In this document: one piece after another, positions 38,550 through 51,631 of the stretch | Layout: every line of letters begins with the position of its first letter | Position numbering within the stretch: the first letter of the stretch is position 1 | Source of the DNA: Puccinia triticina | Taxonomy: Eukaryota | Reading direction: 5' to 3' | DNA length: 64,000 nucleotides | Assembly: GCA_026914245.1 (NCBI GenBank) | Contig: CP110439.1 | Coordinates: 1,736,001-1,800,000 of the forward strand | Translations under genes and position numbers: made by a program | The notes under the pieces: model-generated | Databases searched by the model: none | What the model saw: the letters and a program-made list of their open reading frames with translations, nothing else | What the model was told of the DNA's origin: nothing

Positions 38550-39860
38550 AACCTAGAAGTTATATAGAAAAGAGGCAGGGAGCCTTATCTTATCAGGCAA
38601 CACACTTTTATTTTGAAACCGTGCCCACCAGAGCCAATGGAGGGTGTGTTTGGACTGCTTGAGGCTAGCCTTTTGGGTCCTGTTGAGTCTGGTATCCTTA
38701 GCAATCTTCTCAAGCAGCAGCAGCGGCGGCTGAGGAGGGTGCTGGTTGGTGTGGAGGAGTCGCTTTTTGTGCTCGCACTCCAGCGCCCGCCCTATCTGGG
38801 GGAGTCTGATGGGCTGGTACCGCTTAGGGTACCCGGGTACCCCCCCCCCCCACTTTTCACAAAAAAACAGGCACCCAGCACCGCTTGGCGGGTGCGCAGC
38901 GGGTGCCCGCGGTGCCAGGTACCTACTAGAGTAGCAAAAGGTCCAAATGGTCATTCTCTATGTAGGTACTTTGTGGCAATCAAGTCTGACTACTGCAAGA
39001 CTAGAATTGAAATAAGAAAAAAACAGCTGATATGGAGAAAACTGACAGTATCCAAAAAAAAAAATATAATTCATGTGAAGGTTTTCAAATTCTATTGGAT
39101 GAGGATTACTTGGTTACACAAAGACAAATATCCTCTTCATTGGATTGAAGACCTGATTAATATTGTTAAGGCTTTTTGCAGAATCAAATGGAATCACAGG
39201 ATCTATCTAAAGTATGCTTGAAAAAACAAAGATAATTTTTAGAGGCATAATAAGATTGCAAGCCATGAGTTTTTAAGTTTAAAAAACTTTGGAGGTAAAT
39301 TTAAGGGCTTATATGAACAAAATTTCAAAATTTTGGTAGGATGCGCAGGAGCAGGTGAGTCTGATCAACCTCAACCAGTGCAACTTATTGGTCTTTTAGA
39401 AAGAAATTCATTAACACTTAATTAAAATGTGTCCTAAATTTTGCAAATTTCCACCCCTATTAGTAGAATTTATTTTATTTTGATTTTTTAACAATCATGT
39501 TGATCTGGCTAAAGGTGAACATGGTGTGAATAACATCAATAGCTTATGATGACTGGAAGATACCATATTTTTTTCATGCACAAGGAGAAGGGAACTCAAT
39601 GTTCTACACATGTGAATTCAAAAAGAAGAGGCCAGTGGATCTGGATGTTTACAAATCTTTAGAGCAGGAGCTTGGGAAAGTTGGACAAAGTGCTTCACTA
39701 CTCAATGCTGCCAGGAAACTTTGAACTGCTCAAACCCTAAAATCCAGAAAGATGTTTGTTCAGATATTGAGTAGAATTAAACCTCATAAATTGTTTTTGA
39801 GAGTTTGGGGCTATGGAGTCAATCTTCCTACTAGATAAATAGATATATACAATGAGCCAA

Positions 39861-39967
39861 AGAAGTGGCCACAAGATAAGAACTGGCCATAAGATAAGAA
39901 CTGGCCACAAGATAAGAAATGGCCACAAGATAAGAAGTAGCCACAAGATGAGAAATGGCCACAAGAT
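39861..39967. repeat. 18-bp minisatellite, 6 copies, in a 3' UTR
   Basis: Tandem AGAAnTGGCCACAAGATA units. Confidence 0.9.
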
Positions 39968-40026
39968 TTTCCTTTGACTAGGTGGTGTCGTTCAAAGGAT
40001 GCGCTTGATGACTTGGAAACAGAAAG

Positions 40027-40781
40027 TCAGCCCTTTCCTTGCTTGGCGGGTTTTGTCTCCGGCTTGTTGTCCTACAATTCAAGAATCAACCCCACAGCAA
40101 AGTTCAGATAGGTTTCCAGCGGCCAGGCATGATTGTATGTAGTGGTGAGATGAGAAAAGGTTTGAGAAGGAAAAGGGAATGATTACATCCTACAAGAGGT
40201 GCGAGGATGTTTAGATATCTCGGATCAAGCTGCTTACACTTGCGGCAACAGGCCCAACGGAGCTTGATCATGAACAGTTTCCAGGCTGCCCCTCTCTTTC
40301 CGCACCACGCCATGAACCGCCAAAAGAGCTTTCGGATCTCGTACCCGGCACGACGGAGTTGATGTCTGAAGGCCCACCACATAAGCTTATGTCTGGGGGT
40401 CCGAAACTTGGCGCACTTATCGGCCGAGCGCTTTGCCAATCGATTCTGATGGGCCGTCCGGGATCGATAGCCGGCTGTTCTAAGTTGTTCCCTTAGGCAT
40501 TCTCTGGCAAGTGCTTCCTCTTCGTGCAGCTCGGCAGCGGCCAGCCTGGCTTCTGTTGAATACTTCTTGGCCAAGGAGGTCTCCTCCAAGGTATCTGTCA
40601 GTTTCAGGGTATCTTGCACTTTATCTATCGATCCCGTCGCCCGACTGGATTCCTGCTGGCCAATTTCAATAGTTCTAACCGGCTCAAAGCTACGGATTCC
40701 ATGTTGAATTTCCACTTGGGTCGTGTCGACTCCCTGATGAAGAGGTATCATCAGGAGGACGAAGTGAACCAAAAAACGCAT
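40027..40781 (-). CDS. Candidate secreted effector-like protein, probably 2 exons
   Basis: Signal-like MRFLVHFVLLMIPLHQGVDT, an acidic middle and a very basic Trp/Cys-rich C-half. Probable last exon DNKPETKPAKQGKG*. Confidence 0.65.
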
Positions 40782-41565
40782 GTCTTCTAACAAATTTTTG
40801 GGGCTGAAAGTAGTCAAAGAATAATGAACGCCACTCGAGATGGTTCAGATTTATCCAGTGGCAAATATAATTGTTGGCAGATGGATTGGGCTCGGGGGAA
40901 GTTTCCCTAACTTAACGGCCACTTGTCCCGAGGGAATCTCCTCATCATGGCCCCAGTCTGCACAGCCCACATTCATGTATTTGTGATATGGGCAATGATC
41001 AGTGGCTTCGCATATCATTCCGCGAGGTTTCATCGAAAGTAAAACAAGGCCATCCTGCTCGCGTGAGTCCCTCAGTACCTTGATGCGATGAGGAAGCGCA
41101 GCAAATGGACGCGTTTTGTCCCATGCCAACAAAAAAGTATGGTGCCCGTATTGCGGAGAAAGGAAGGCAGCCGGTCCGAGACGAGACGAGACGATTGTCA
41201 AAGGTGATTAAAGCCCAGAAGACAGGAATTGATGCTCCTGCCTGGATGGTGAGGCATCAAAAACAACTCTCTTCCTACTACGATTCATTAATCTAGTTAC
41301 GTTTTCCTCAGTGCAAGAAGTTTATATCTATATAGCAGAAATCAAGAATACAACACAAATAGATCGAGGTAATAATATTCCGCATGTAGTCAGGGCGACA
41401 TGAATTTCACACTTGTGTAGAACGTTGCACTATTCTGGTTTTGCCCTGATTGTTATTTTTTTTTTTTAGAATGAGGCGGTAGATGCAATGAAGTCGTTGC
41501 ATAAAGATATGGTATAGGAAAGTTAGATAAATGGCTCGGATATCCATAGTTAAACCAACCAAATT

Positions 41566-43217
41566 TCAGTTCTTTTTGCGTTCGCTCAAACTGGGCACTA
41601 AGATCTCGAAAAGAGCCTCTTCGCGTTCCCTGAAAGATGGTATTTGGCTTATCCCCAGGGCCAATGCGTTGATTCGGTTTGCCGCGACTCTGACGGTGCC
41701 CATGGGGCTAGCGGCTCGGTCATTCCCAATCTCGTCGGCGTCAAGTCCGGCCTCCCAGTTGGTACCATGCTCCAAGTCAGTTTTAAGTCTATCAATCTTG
41801 GTTCGAACAGTTTGGCCTCCATGACTTGCATTGTCGACCGCGGCTTCGTGGTCTTCTTGGGCTAAGGCTTGAGTAGAGGAAGCGATTAAGAATAATTGAG
41901 CAGCCAGTGGTTGAAGATGGGGCGGACAGTCTTCGACTTTTAAGATCGATGGATAACCACTCCCCAGGTTGACTACCTGTACATGGCGATCCGTAGGGCT
42001 AACGAGCGTTAAGGAAACTTCTAGAATGGCTAGACATAGTGCACCAAAATATGCCCGAGAAAGCTGGCCATCGGTCGAACTTTTAGATTGCAAGATTTCG
42101 AAGACTGTCGGTGTGGTGTAAAGAATGTCGGTAAGAGATGCGTAAAGCGTTTCACGAATAATACGTAGTGCTGGGTGGTTTTCCAGGGCGGGGTCAAGGG
42201 CAGACAGTGGGGATGCATATGGTTTGGCACCAGTTGGGTCAAGTGAGGAAGGCACTTGTGGGTCAGAGACATTTTCGTCGTATGCTGGAGGCGGTCGAAA
42301 GGTAGAGGGAGGCAGCGCAGGAGCTGGGGCTCTGAAATCATAGCCAAACTGAAGGGCATAGTCCAGATCTACAGTCAGGAGCAGAGAAGCGTTCAGAAGG
42401 CTCAGCAAGCGCTCAAAACACTCAGGAAGCCAAGCTTGCAAAATGGCAGTTTCGACAAACCTTGTGAGAATCGCTCTTGAAATGTACGCCGCTGCGAAAT
42501 CTCAATTGCAATAGCCCTCAGATTTTGAGCCATGATCGGAAGATCAATCCGAATCGGTTGGCATTGAGGCTCTTGATCGCAAATCATTCTGGCCAGGTCG
42601 TGTCTCAGTTCGAGAGAGAGAGCCTTGATCTTGGGTACTGGATCGTACGCATTCCGATGAACAAGATGTTTTTGGTGGAACCACTGAAGGAATCAGATGG
42701 CCATGGTAAGGTGAGTCCCCGAGAGAGTCAAAAACTGACCGCATTCAGACCAGAGCATAAACCAGTTCCGAAAAGAGGCAGGGCAGTTGGTTGCGTCCAG
42801 TGATATCATGGAGGTGACAATGCTCGGAGGATCTCCCTCGCTGCGAAGGGCGGCGAGGAAGAGACAGATTGCAGGCCCCGCGATCTGAATATCCGCATCA
42901 GCAGAGCTGAGAACATCCGTGTCAAGAAGCTGTTCGGCATGAGCTTGTGCTAAAGCACCCTATTTGGCGTATCAGTCGGCTTGGTTGATCAGTGGACTTG
43001 CTTATTCTTCGTCAGGGGGTCCAGACCTCGAGTATTCTTTGTCTCACCTGAAGAAAAGAATGGAAGGCTACAATGACCTGGTAACCAAAACTGGTGTTAG
43101 TTCTACCCATTTGCTTGAATTCTTTATCGACTAATTACATAAATAGATAAGGGGAAAGCTGATGAGACTGACCTGCTCCTCAGAAATGTTGGTGTGCATC
43201 AGATCTCTGGACGCCAT
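41566..43217 (-). CDS. Conserved-looking basidiomycete hypothetical protein, multi-exon
   Basis: MASRDLMHTNISEEQ|VIVAFHSFLQ|GALAQAHAEQLLDTDVLSSADADIQIAGPAICLFLAALRS with canonical introns, ending in the long ORF that stops at 41566. Confidence 0.75.
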
Positions 43218-44278
43218 TCAACCAAGAGGGGGCGTTTCGAAGCCACGAATAGGAGACTGAAATCTGGTTCGAAGTTGAAATCCTTCCATGTCTTGATGGA
43301 ACGAGGGCCAGGTATAATCGACTTTTTTTTCCCTCCCATCTTGGCTGAAACCCTGGTGGCACACTCCCGTCTCCCGAGGGTCCGCTTCAGTCGGGCCAAA
43401 TTTGGCGTCCCCGGTCAACCGCCCGTAAGCAAATTCTTCATGAATCCGTGGAAACCCAAGGGAAATCATAGAAAGCAGCAAACCAAACTATTTGTTAGAT
43501 CCCCTAGTGGCAAAAAAACACTGACACCTACAGCGCTGCAACTGATGCAAACCAATTCCGAATACGGGAATCGAACCCGTCTCTACCGCGCACCCACAGC
43601 GATGAGAGGCGGTCATACTAGCCGATATACTAATTCGGATTGTCGATACGCATGCCCCCGATGAGCCGAATATAATTCCGTATGTAGCGTGATCAATTGT
43701 TGTCACATGTGCGAATACGTCCATTGAATCCATTGAATTCCATCTAAATATTCACGTAAATGCTTACGATACACCCCATCGATGAAAGGGATGAGAAAGG
43801 ATTTGCATACGTGGACGTGTGTGTGTGTGGATGAAAGAGAGGTAGGACATGGGAGTGAAAGAGAAGGAGGGGCGGCACATAAGAAGTGACGAAGAGGGGC
43901 AGAATGTGAGGAAGGGTTTTACAACTGAATCGAGTAGAATTATAGGACGGATACATGGAAACAAATGCGTGATACAACATCAGAGTAAAAACAAGTCGAG
44001 CTTTCTCTTGGTCATGAGTGACGTAGAAGGGACAGTGCGGAAGCCGATGACGAGAGCCTGGCATTGCGAGATCAGTTTTTAGCGAGTTTAGTGTAATGGA
44101 ACTCAGAAGTTATAATCAGGTTCTGTCCAAGATAGACAGCTCATACAACTATCAGAATGAAATACTGTTCATGTGATACCTTTTTTTGTGTTTTCTGTTG
44201 TTTTTTTGTTGATAGAGAAAGAAAAGAAAAAGAATTGAACATGTGGGAAGAATTCTTGACTTGCTCGTTGGAATTTGT

Positions 44279-46415
44279 CTAAAAATCAAAGCCGTGTTCG
44301 CGGAATACTTCGGGATCAGTTCCCGGGACGGCCAAGTCAGCCAAATCGGAGCGATCCTGGAGAAACAAAAGACCAGAATAGTGGCATGAGTCAAAAGGAT
44401 TCATCGATTTGTTCAAGAGAAACCCAGTATGGAGGCGGGACTCACGAGACACAAGAGGGCGCGACGGAGGGTGAACCAAAGGTTCTCGCTGCCGTCTCCG
44501 GAGGCGAGAAGGGGGCGATCGCCGACAGAGGCGGCCTTAGAATGGAAGGAGAGAGCGGCAAGGAAATGTTCGACGGCCTGAGAATAACAATGGATATTCA
44601 AGCAGGAGACGCCGAGGTTGTAGATCGCCCGAGTGAAGGTAGGCCGGAGCTCGAGCGCTTTTTGGTAGGCCCCGATGGCTTCCTCGGACTTTCCGCCGTT
44701 GGCCAGCGTGGCCCCAAGTCTGTTCCAGAGTAAGAAGTCGTCAGGATTGACCCCCAAAGCCGCCTCGAAACAGTCCCGCGCTCGCTCGTACTCCGAGTTG
44801 CTGTAGAACAGCACTCCGAGCCCGACCTGGACGTCAACATCAACCGTTTGGCTCCGGACCATCTCCTTGCCAGCCCCGTCCCTGACCTCCGGACCAGCCC
44901 TGGCGGCCTGAATGAATTTCTCGACAACTGCTGCGTGTCGGTTCCAAGGGTTGTTGGCATCCTCGGCCCTTTTGCCGGCAGAGACGTTGGCGGCAATGGC
45001 TGGATAGGTGTCCATCAACCAGCGTTCCAGGATTGCCAGGGCCCGCATCTCCTGGCCTTCGTTGACCCAGCAGATCGCCAGAGACATCCATGCCGACTGG
45101 CCGTTGCCATCACGGCAGGCCACGGCCCGCTGAAAGGCCTTGATCGCCAACTGTTCCTTCTCGTCTGCCGCCTGGGTCTCGCCCAGCATTCGCCAGGCGT
45201 CCGCGCGGCCCTCATCGGCCTGGCAGGCAGCCTCGAACGCCAAAGCAGCCTCGCTCAGAGTCGCACCGGATTGAAGTAGACGCTGGCCGTCCTCGAATGG
45301 ATCGGGCGAGTCAAGGTACGGGTTGTTAGACTGGAAGGGATACGGCTCAGGATGGTCAAGGAAGTCGCCGACGTTTTCGGGGGTGATGGCCATTTCCGGA
45401 GATGTCGATAGATTCGGACCGAGGAAGTCCTCGTCGATCTCTTCCCAGTTTGGAACAGAGAGACTGCCTGAGTCAATACAAGCCAAGCTGCTGTTGAATG
45501 GGTCGAAACCCAAGCCCCTCCAGGTGGCTTCTAGTGACTTGAGGAATTCTTGGTCGGCCTCGTCCGAACTCGTCTCTTCGAGGCTCAAAGTGGAAGACGG
45601 TGATTGATGATCAACCGAGGTGAAACTGGAATCCTGTTGGTCTTGGCTTTCGCCATTCGGTTGGGCCTCGAGTTGGTTGCCGATCTTGGCGAATTCGGCC
45701 TCCCAGTTCTCTTCAGTGAGCTCAACTATTTGCGCTTTGGATTGCTGGTTGTCACCAGCCATTGGATGATGAATGCTCGGCTGGGGGAGAAATGAACGGT
45801 CTTGGTGAAGCATGCTTTGATGAGGAAAGCCGAGCAGACCAGCAGAGTGGAACGAGGGGGCACGAAAGCCGTGAGTCGACGTGTTGTGGATGGAATGGTT
45901 GGAGCTCTGTGGGGCATGGTCCTGAGCATCCGCAAACTGGTTGGACCAGTGCATCGAAGGGGGGGCATGGTTGGGTTGCTGATGGGCCACTGAACGAAAG
46001 GAATGTTCCATCCGAGCTACTTCGTCCGCGGAGACTGGGGCGCCCATCGATGATCCCGCGAACTGTTTCTGCCATGCTAGAACAGGCAGATAGAGGGTCA
46101 GAGATGAAAATATCTGAGAGAAGCTGATCATTAACTTGGCTTACCCTGCTCGATCTGCGGCGGACGATGGGGGTGGTGGCTCCGACTGATCGACTCTATT
46201 TCGTTGTGCAGGTCGTTCATAAGAAACGGTGTGGGTTGCTGGCGGCTGTTTGAGAGGTTGGAGGAAGAGGCCTGCGGGTGCTGGGTGTGATTGGCATGTT
46301 GAGGTTGGCTGTCGAACCTCGACGAGAGTGGGTTTCGCTCAGCATGTTTGAGCAAGTTTTGGAGTGGGTTGGATGGCCCACAGTCGGGTGCGTTGATGAG
46401 TGCTTGGAATGCCAT
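44279..46415 (-). CDS. PEX5: Peroxisomal PTS1 receptor Pex5
   Basis: N-terminal DCGPSNPL (conserved Cys); WxxxF motifs (WQKQF, WSNQF, WEAEF); TPRs with LLWNRLGATLANGGKSEEAIGAYQKALELRPTFTRAIYNLGVSC; last exon ..EHGFDF*. Confidence 0.97.
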
Positions 46416-48048
46416 CTGCTCAGCCACGAACGCTCTCGATGGTGGGGCACTGGGTGGATGCTGGGACGGGGGTGGGCTTTTAAGGGGGGCAGTTGGAGGA
46501 CAAAACTTGGCAAAACTCGGACTAAACCTAACTAAACCCGAATTTCACGATCCTCGATCTGCATCCAATCTCCTAATTTCTTTATATAGCCGAGGCGACA
46601 GCACCATCTGCAAATGAAAGATAGGCCAGAACACCCGTCATGTAGGGGTCAAGGAGGAAACCCTGACACTGCTTAACAGGTAAAACGGGAATAAGGGGTC
46701 AAAAAAGATGTCAGTCGAGGAAAACAAAATGAAGGTCTATTAACAACGCCAATGAGGCAGCCCTGGAAGGGAAACCTCCATCGACCTACAATCTCATATC
46801 ACACCAAGTCTCCCATTGATTCACACAGCAGAAAGAGTTATTTTAATGGAAGACTTCCCTTTGGTTCTGTAGCCTCCTACACAGCCAGATCTACAGCCTG
46901 TAATACAAATGTTTGCAGGGAAATCTGGTCCCAGAGGCTGCAGATCTGAATCAGCCCCATACAGAGCCAAAGGGAATTCTTCCAATGGCCATTCCATTCT
47001 TGAACATGGTTCTGTAAGTTAAGCCTAGGGTAAACAATGTAGAGATGATCCATCAGAATTCTTTCCCCGAAAAGCCCATCCAAGCAATTGAAAATAAACA
47101 GAAAAATCAACTCAAACACTATGGGTTTTCATGAACTGCTCATTTTAAAATCATTAGGTAAATTTAGTTGAAATTGCCCGTTGCTTAGTCCCACAGATTA
47201 TTCAGGCTTGGTGGGCAGCTCTTCTTTTGACGCAAGATACCACGCATAACATTTACTGAAAGTGTGCATGAGCATGGTGTTAAAATTTAACTACGTCTAT
47301 TCATAAGCAAGTTTAGGTGAGAATGTGTGAGCAGTTCCAACCCAAAATTTGTTTCTGCTTTTACATTTATGGCTTGATGCGACGACTCTGAACTGAATAC
47401 CGCTATTGCAGGATTTTTCTTTTTCCTCAATTAAAAACACACATCTTTCATTTCCAAAGGTGATAGTTTCTGAATAATTAAGTACTGCTGATTAGAAAAA
47501 TCTGCTGAAATCAGGTTTGCAAAGTGTTGACTGCTATGGTTTAGTGAGCAGCTGCCCTTAACTTGAGCTTAAGTAAAATCCCACTGGAGTTTGGTATCCC
47601 ATGATACAAGCTCAACAAACCAGATATATTGAATCTATGTAAGTAATTCTTTCTGCAGAAAAAATATTGCTAGCCAAGAGCTAAGTTGCCCTTAACCCCA
47701 ATATCATTTTCAAGACTCTATTCAACATTGTCTCCAATTATCACCTATGCCAAGTGGATCTCACATGATCCTTGCTTGGACTAATAACCAGCTGAAAATG
47801 GTGCAGGATTTGTACACTTCTTTGCCATTGGGAGGTTCAGTGCTTGAAAGCCATTAAAAGGAAAGCTACAAACACATGTACTGCATGTGAACAGAAAATC
47901 AAACCAATTCGGCTTTGTAATATGACTGATATGAATCTATAGATATAACGTTAGAGAAGAACAAACAAGGTACTGAAACAGAAGAAGAGGATTGTCTACA
48001 AGAATCGTGCAGAAAGAGTTTGCGTTTATGTGTATATGCAAGAAACAT

Positions 48049-49490
48049 TTAGAAACAATTTCTGTAGAATTCAGGTCCGATGAGTTCCTGCAGATCCGCA
48101 AGATTCTTTTCCAACCAGTCGCGGACAAGGATAGAGGAATACGAGCCGATTCTGATGATAGCGGTTCGGACGGAGGGTCTCGGAAGTAAAGGACGGAGAT
48201 CGGGTGGAGGAGGATGGATGGTCGGAGTGATTTCGGGGTCAGGATGATGAATAAGTTCGGACAAGCACCACAAGAGTTGTGACTGGTCGCTCTGCTGTTC
48301 GTCCTTCGTCTTCGCAGAACTCTGTGGCTGTTGTCGGCGAGTCTTGTTGGTGTTCCGATCAAGCTCCTTGAGCCGATCCAAGGTCTTGATCAGTTTTGAG
48401 TTATCACTCGAGCATACCAGATACAGATTTGCGTAAAGGGTGAAATGATCTTGGGTTGGATGATGTTGATCTCTTAGGAGGACCAGGTTCTCTCTGACAA
48501 TCCGGTTTGAGGAGATGTAGACTTCTACAAACGATTGGAACTTCTTAAACGTCCATGATTCATTCTGATTCGAGTGGTTTTGATTTTCGGGTAGTCTCGT
48601 CGAAAGCGAACGGCCTGAGGTAAACCAATCTAGACAGACCAATGAGCTCGAGTGATCTTGGAGATGGTATATTTGTTTTTGCACAAAACTGGAATCTCGA
48701 AAGCATCTATGTTTTCAAAGGAGCAAAGCGAACCAACAACTCGTCAATACTAAACTTATCATCCGAGACGGACATGATCGAAAGGAAAGAGATCTTCGTG
48801 GCTCATCTGACGATTATCTTGAAAACAACTAAGCATTTTTTGTCCTTATTTTCACGGCCCACGAAGTTGAGTGAAATTTCAAAGAAAGATTATTACGTTA
48901 CGTAGGATGGCAACATGAGCAGGGTCGCATTCGAGCCTATCTTGGCGGTGATATTTTGTCTAGAGACATCAGGCGTCCCTGTGGGCGTGATGGTAGTAGT
49001 CTGGGAGCTAGGGTATAACGAGTCTCGGTTTGCAGGCGATGAGAATCGATTCGCCGACCTATCTTTCTCTTTGAATACTGAATAAAAATGTTATATTTCA
49101 TCAATGATAGTACCTCAAAGCGCACACAAAGCGAGCTGAGGAAACCCATTCTGGAATTACCATACCTTTGGTGCTGCCCTGACTGAGACACAAAAGCTGG
49201 CACTTGTCGTCCAGATGGATATCGAGAGCCAGCTGGTCGCCGGAGAGCAAGCCGCCGCCGTAATTCAAGAGATAGACAAGGCCGACCTGAAGCTTATGGA
49301 GATCATTACGGTATGGTCGACTGACGATCAACTTGAGTGGATAGCTGAATCTGAGCACCGGGAAGCTGATCTGTTGGCCGACCGGTGCGTGGCTCTCCTC
49401 GGCCCGGGTCGGTGGGTCGATCGTGGTCATCCTGAGCGCCCCATGCCCGGCTGGAAGTGTGTTCGAACCATGGAAGGGGTCCATCCTCAT
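48049..49490 (-). CDS. ureD: Urease accessory protein UreD
   Basis: FSYPLKLI, YLLNYGGGLLSGDQL, LSQGSTK|VFK, LLMLPSYVT, SLVCLDWFTSGR..ESWTF. Confidence 0.92.
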
Positions 49491-50354
49491 TCCAGACGCT
49501 GAACGGCGACTCTTTGAAGACTTGGGGATGGACGAGTTACAACGATCGTCCCGACGTCCGTCGAGGAAGCCTGCATGAAATTATTGCAAGCCTCTTTATC
49601 TTGCCGTGATGAAAGCATCCGTCTGCCCTGTCAAATCCATCGACCAGAGTCCACCAGAATCAGCTCGCTCAAGGATCACCAGACCGTTAGTTTCACAAAG
49701 AAAAATCCCACTGGATGCGCTCCAGATCAGAATTGACGACATGGCGATCAATCACAACTCGAGCATGGTGTTGCGCTAAGCTTAACTTGACTGTACGTCC
49801 CTCGAGGAGACATGACACGGCCCAAGAGCCGCGAGAGATGACGGTAGGCTAGAGCCACTTGTAAGTATAAAAAGGAATCCCTGAACTGTTCCAGAGAGCA
49901 AATATAACTATTTACATGACCACCCTATTAAACCTCCCGCAAAATAGAAGCTCGCCCATAATGCCAATGTACTGGCAATTGTGGTTGGTACTGAATGCAC
50001 CAGAGTTTTGCGTGCATTCATAGTTACCATGAGGGAATTCTAGCCAGGATTCCTCTAGACATGAGCTCAAAGTACCAAACTATGTATATATATGTGTGTG
50101 TGTATATAGGCTGAATGCGTGCTCTTTGATATTTCGCACGTCGTGAAGCGGCGTGAAATCATCGACTTCCAACACTCACATCTAGATCTAGTATTAAAAA
50201 AAGCATAATTGTCATCCTTCCATAGCCAAGCCAGAGAACGTTAGACTGATCGTTGATTCTAACTCTTCTTCGGGACAATGAAATTTATTCTTTAGGCTGC
50301 ACGAGGTGCTGAAAGGCAACATCTGATGGCTTCGTCGTGTGTTACAGAACTGGA

Positions 50355-51356
50355 CTATAGGTCTGCATGAGGAGCAGCTTTCCTGTTGGTGATATCGAGG
50401 AGCTTTACATTGACAATTAACAAAAACCAGTCAGTTACGACGAAGATCGTTTGAGGCATAACCGAGTGAAACCAAAGCGAGATACTGACCTCAACGTCAA
50501 AAATTAGAGTGGCACCTCCAGGGATCACTCCGCCAGCTAAACAGGACAGGTAGGTCAATCAGCATAGTACCAGGTGAATAAGTGGATAAAGAATATATTT
50601 GTGATTTATCTCGTAACTTACCACCTGATTCTCCATAAGCCATGTTGGGCGGGATGATCAGTTTACGCTTTTCGCCGATGCACATGCTGAAGGTATCCAA
50701 GAAGGATGGTCGATCATTGTCAGTGGATAGAATTTGAACGGCAATCCAATCGTAATACGGACTCTAGTAGGCCTTGATCCCATCCCTTAAATGCAGGTAA
50801 GTGTCAGATCAGCATGTCCTCTTTTCATTATCCGCCTTTATAATAGCTATGTAGACGTGGGACTTACTGCGATCACCTGCTTCTTGCCAAGGGTAAATTC
50901 AAATGGTCTGAATGGAATAAAGTGACCCCAAAACGAAAAAAAAAAAACATGCCGAATGTCATCAGAGTCAAGATGCGTATAAATCAAGGTAATTTGAAGA
51001 AATCTAACTGACTGATCTCGATCACGCGACGAGTCAAATTTTTCGCCACTCTCCAATGTTCCTGTATAGTGCATCCTGTTTTGCAATGAAGAAGGACCCA
51101 AAGCTCGTTAGCTAAGGAGCAGAAGCCGGTCAAACCAAGCAAAAAGATGAAAAGGTACAAAAAGTGAAAGATTTTTATGTTGCACCAATGATCCGACTCA
51201 CGATAAGTGGTCCCCGTTTTGTGTTTTAATATCGCATTTGTCCGGTTTGTATTTGACGCCGATTTGGAGCTGCTTCTTGGGTTCGCTGGCCAGAGCGAAG
51301 GATTGGATCAGGGCCAACAAGAGGATCGCTGTGGCGAAGGACGGTTTTAGGAACAT
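50355..51356 (-). CDS. FPR2: ER FKBP-type peptidyl-prolyl isomerase (FKBP2/Fpr2), ~7 exons
   Basis: Signal peptide, QLQIGVKYKPDKC, MHYTGTLESGEKFDSSRDR, GWDQGLL, MCIGEKRKLIIPPNMAYG, IPGGATLIFDVE; C-terminal HADL. Confidence 0.95.
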
Positions 51357-51631
51357 TTTAGAGTTTATCTTCAGATTATTCGGATTCTTGAGATTCTTGC
51401 GGGATGCGAGTGACGAGGTCGAGGAGTGACGTGTTGATGGAGCATTCGAATTTTACGAAATAGACCGACACCCCGGAGGGAAGTGTAGGTTCGGGGCACC
51501 CCCGGATGCGATGCATATTCACTGTCGAGGCACATATTTTCCCCAGAACATTTCGAGCACCATCCGAGGGAAAGCGAAGGCGTTGGACAGACTAGGCCTC
51601 GATACATCTCGATCGCGTTGGCTCATTCGAC

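Noticed and set aside
38613..39221. 202-aa ORF
   Set aside because: Non-ATG start, spans GGGTACCC-rich MITE debris and AT-rich sequence, and has no coherent protein features.
39737..39964. (LILWP)n hydrophobic peptide
   Set aside because: Translation of the 18-bp UTR minisatellite, with a non-ATG start.
43199..43339. Upstream ORF overlapping the start of the hypothetical gene
   Set aside because: No supporting feature; it may lie outside the transcript.
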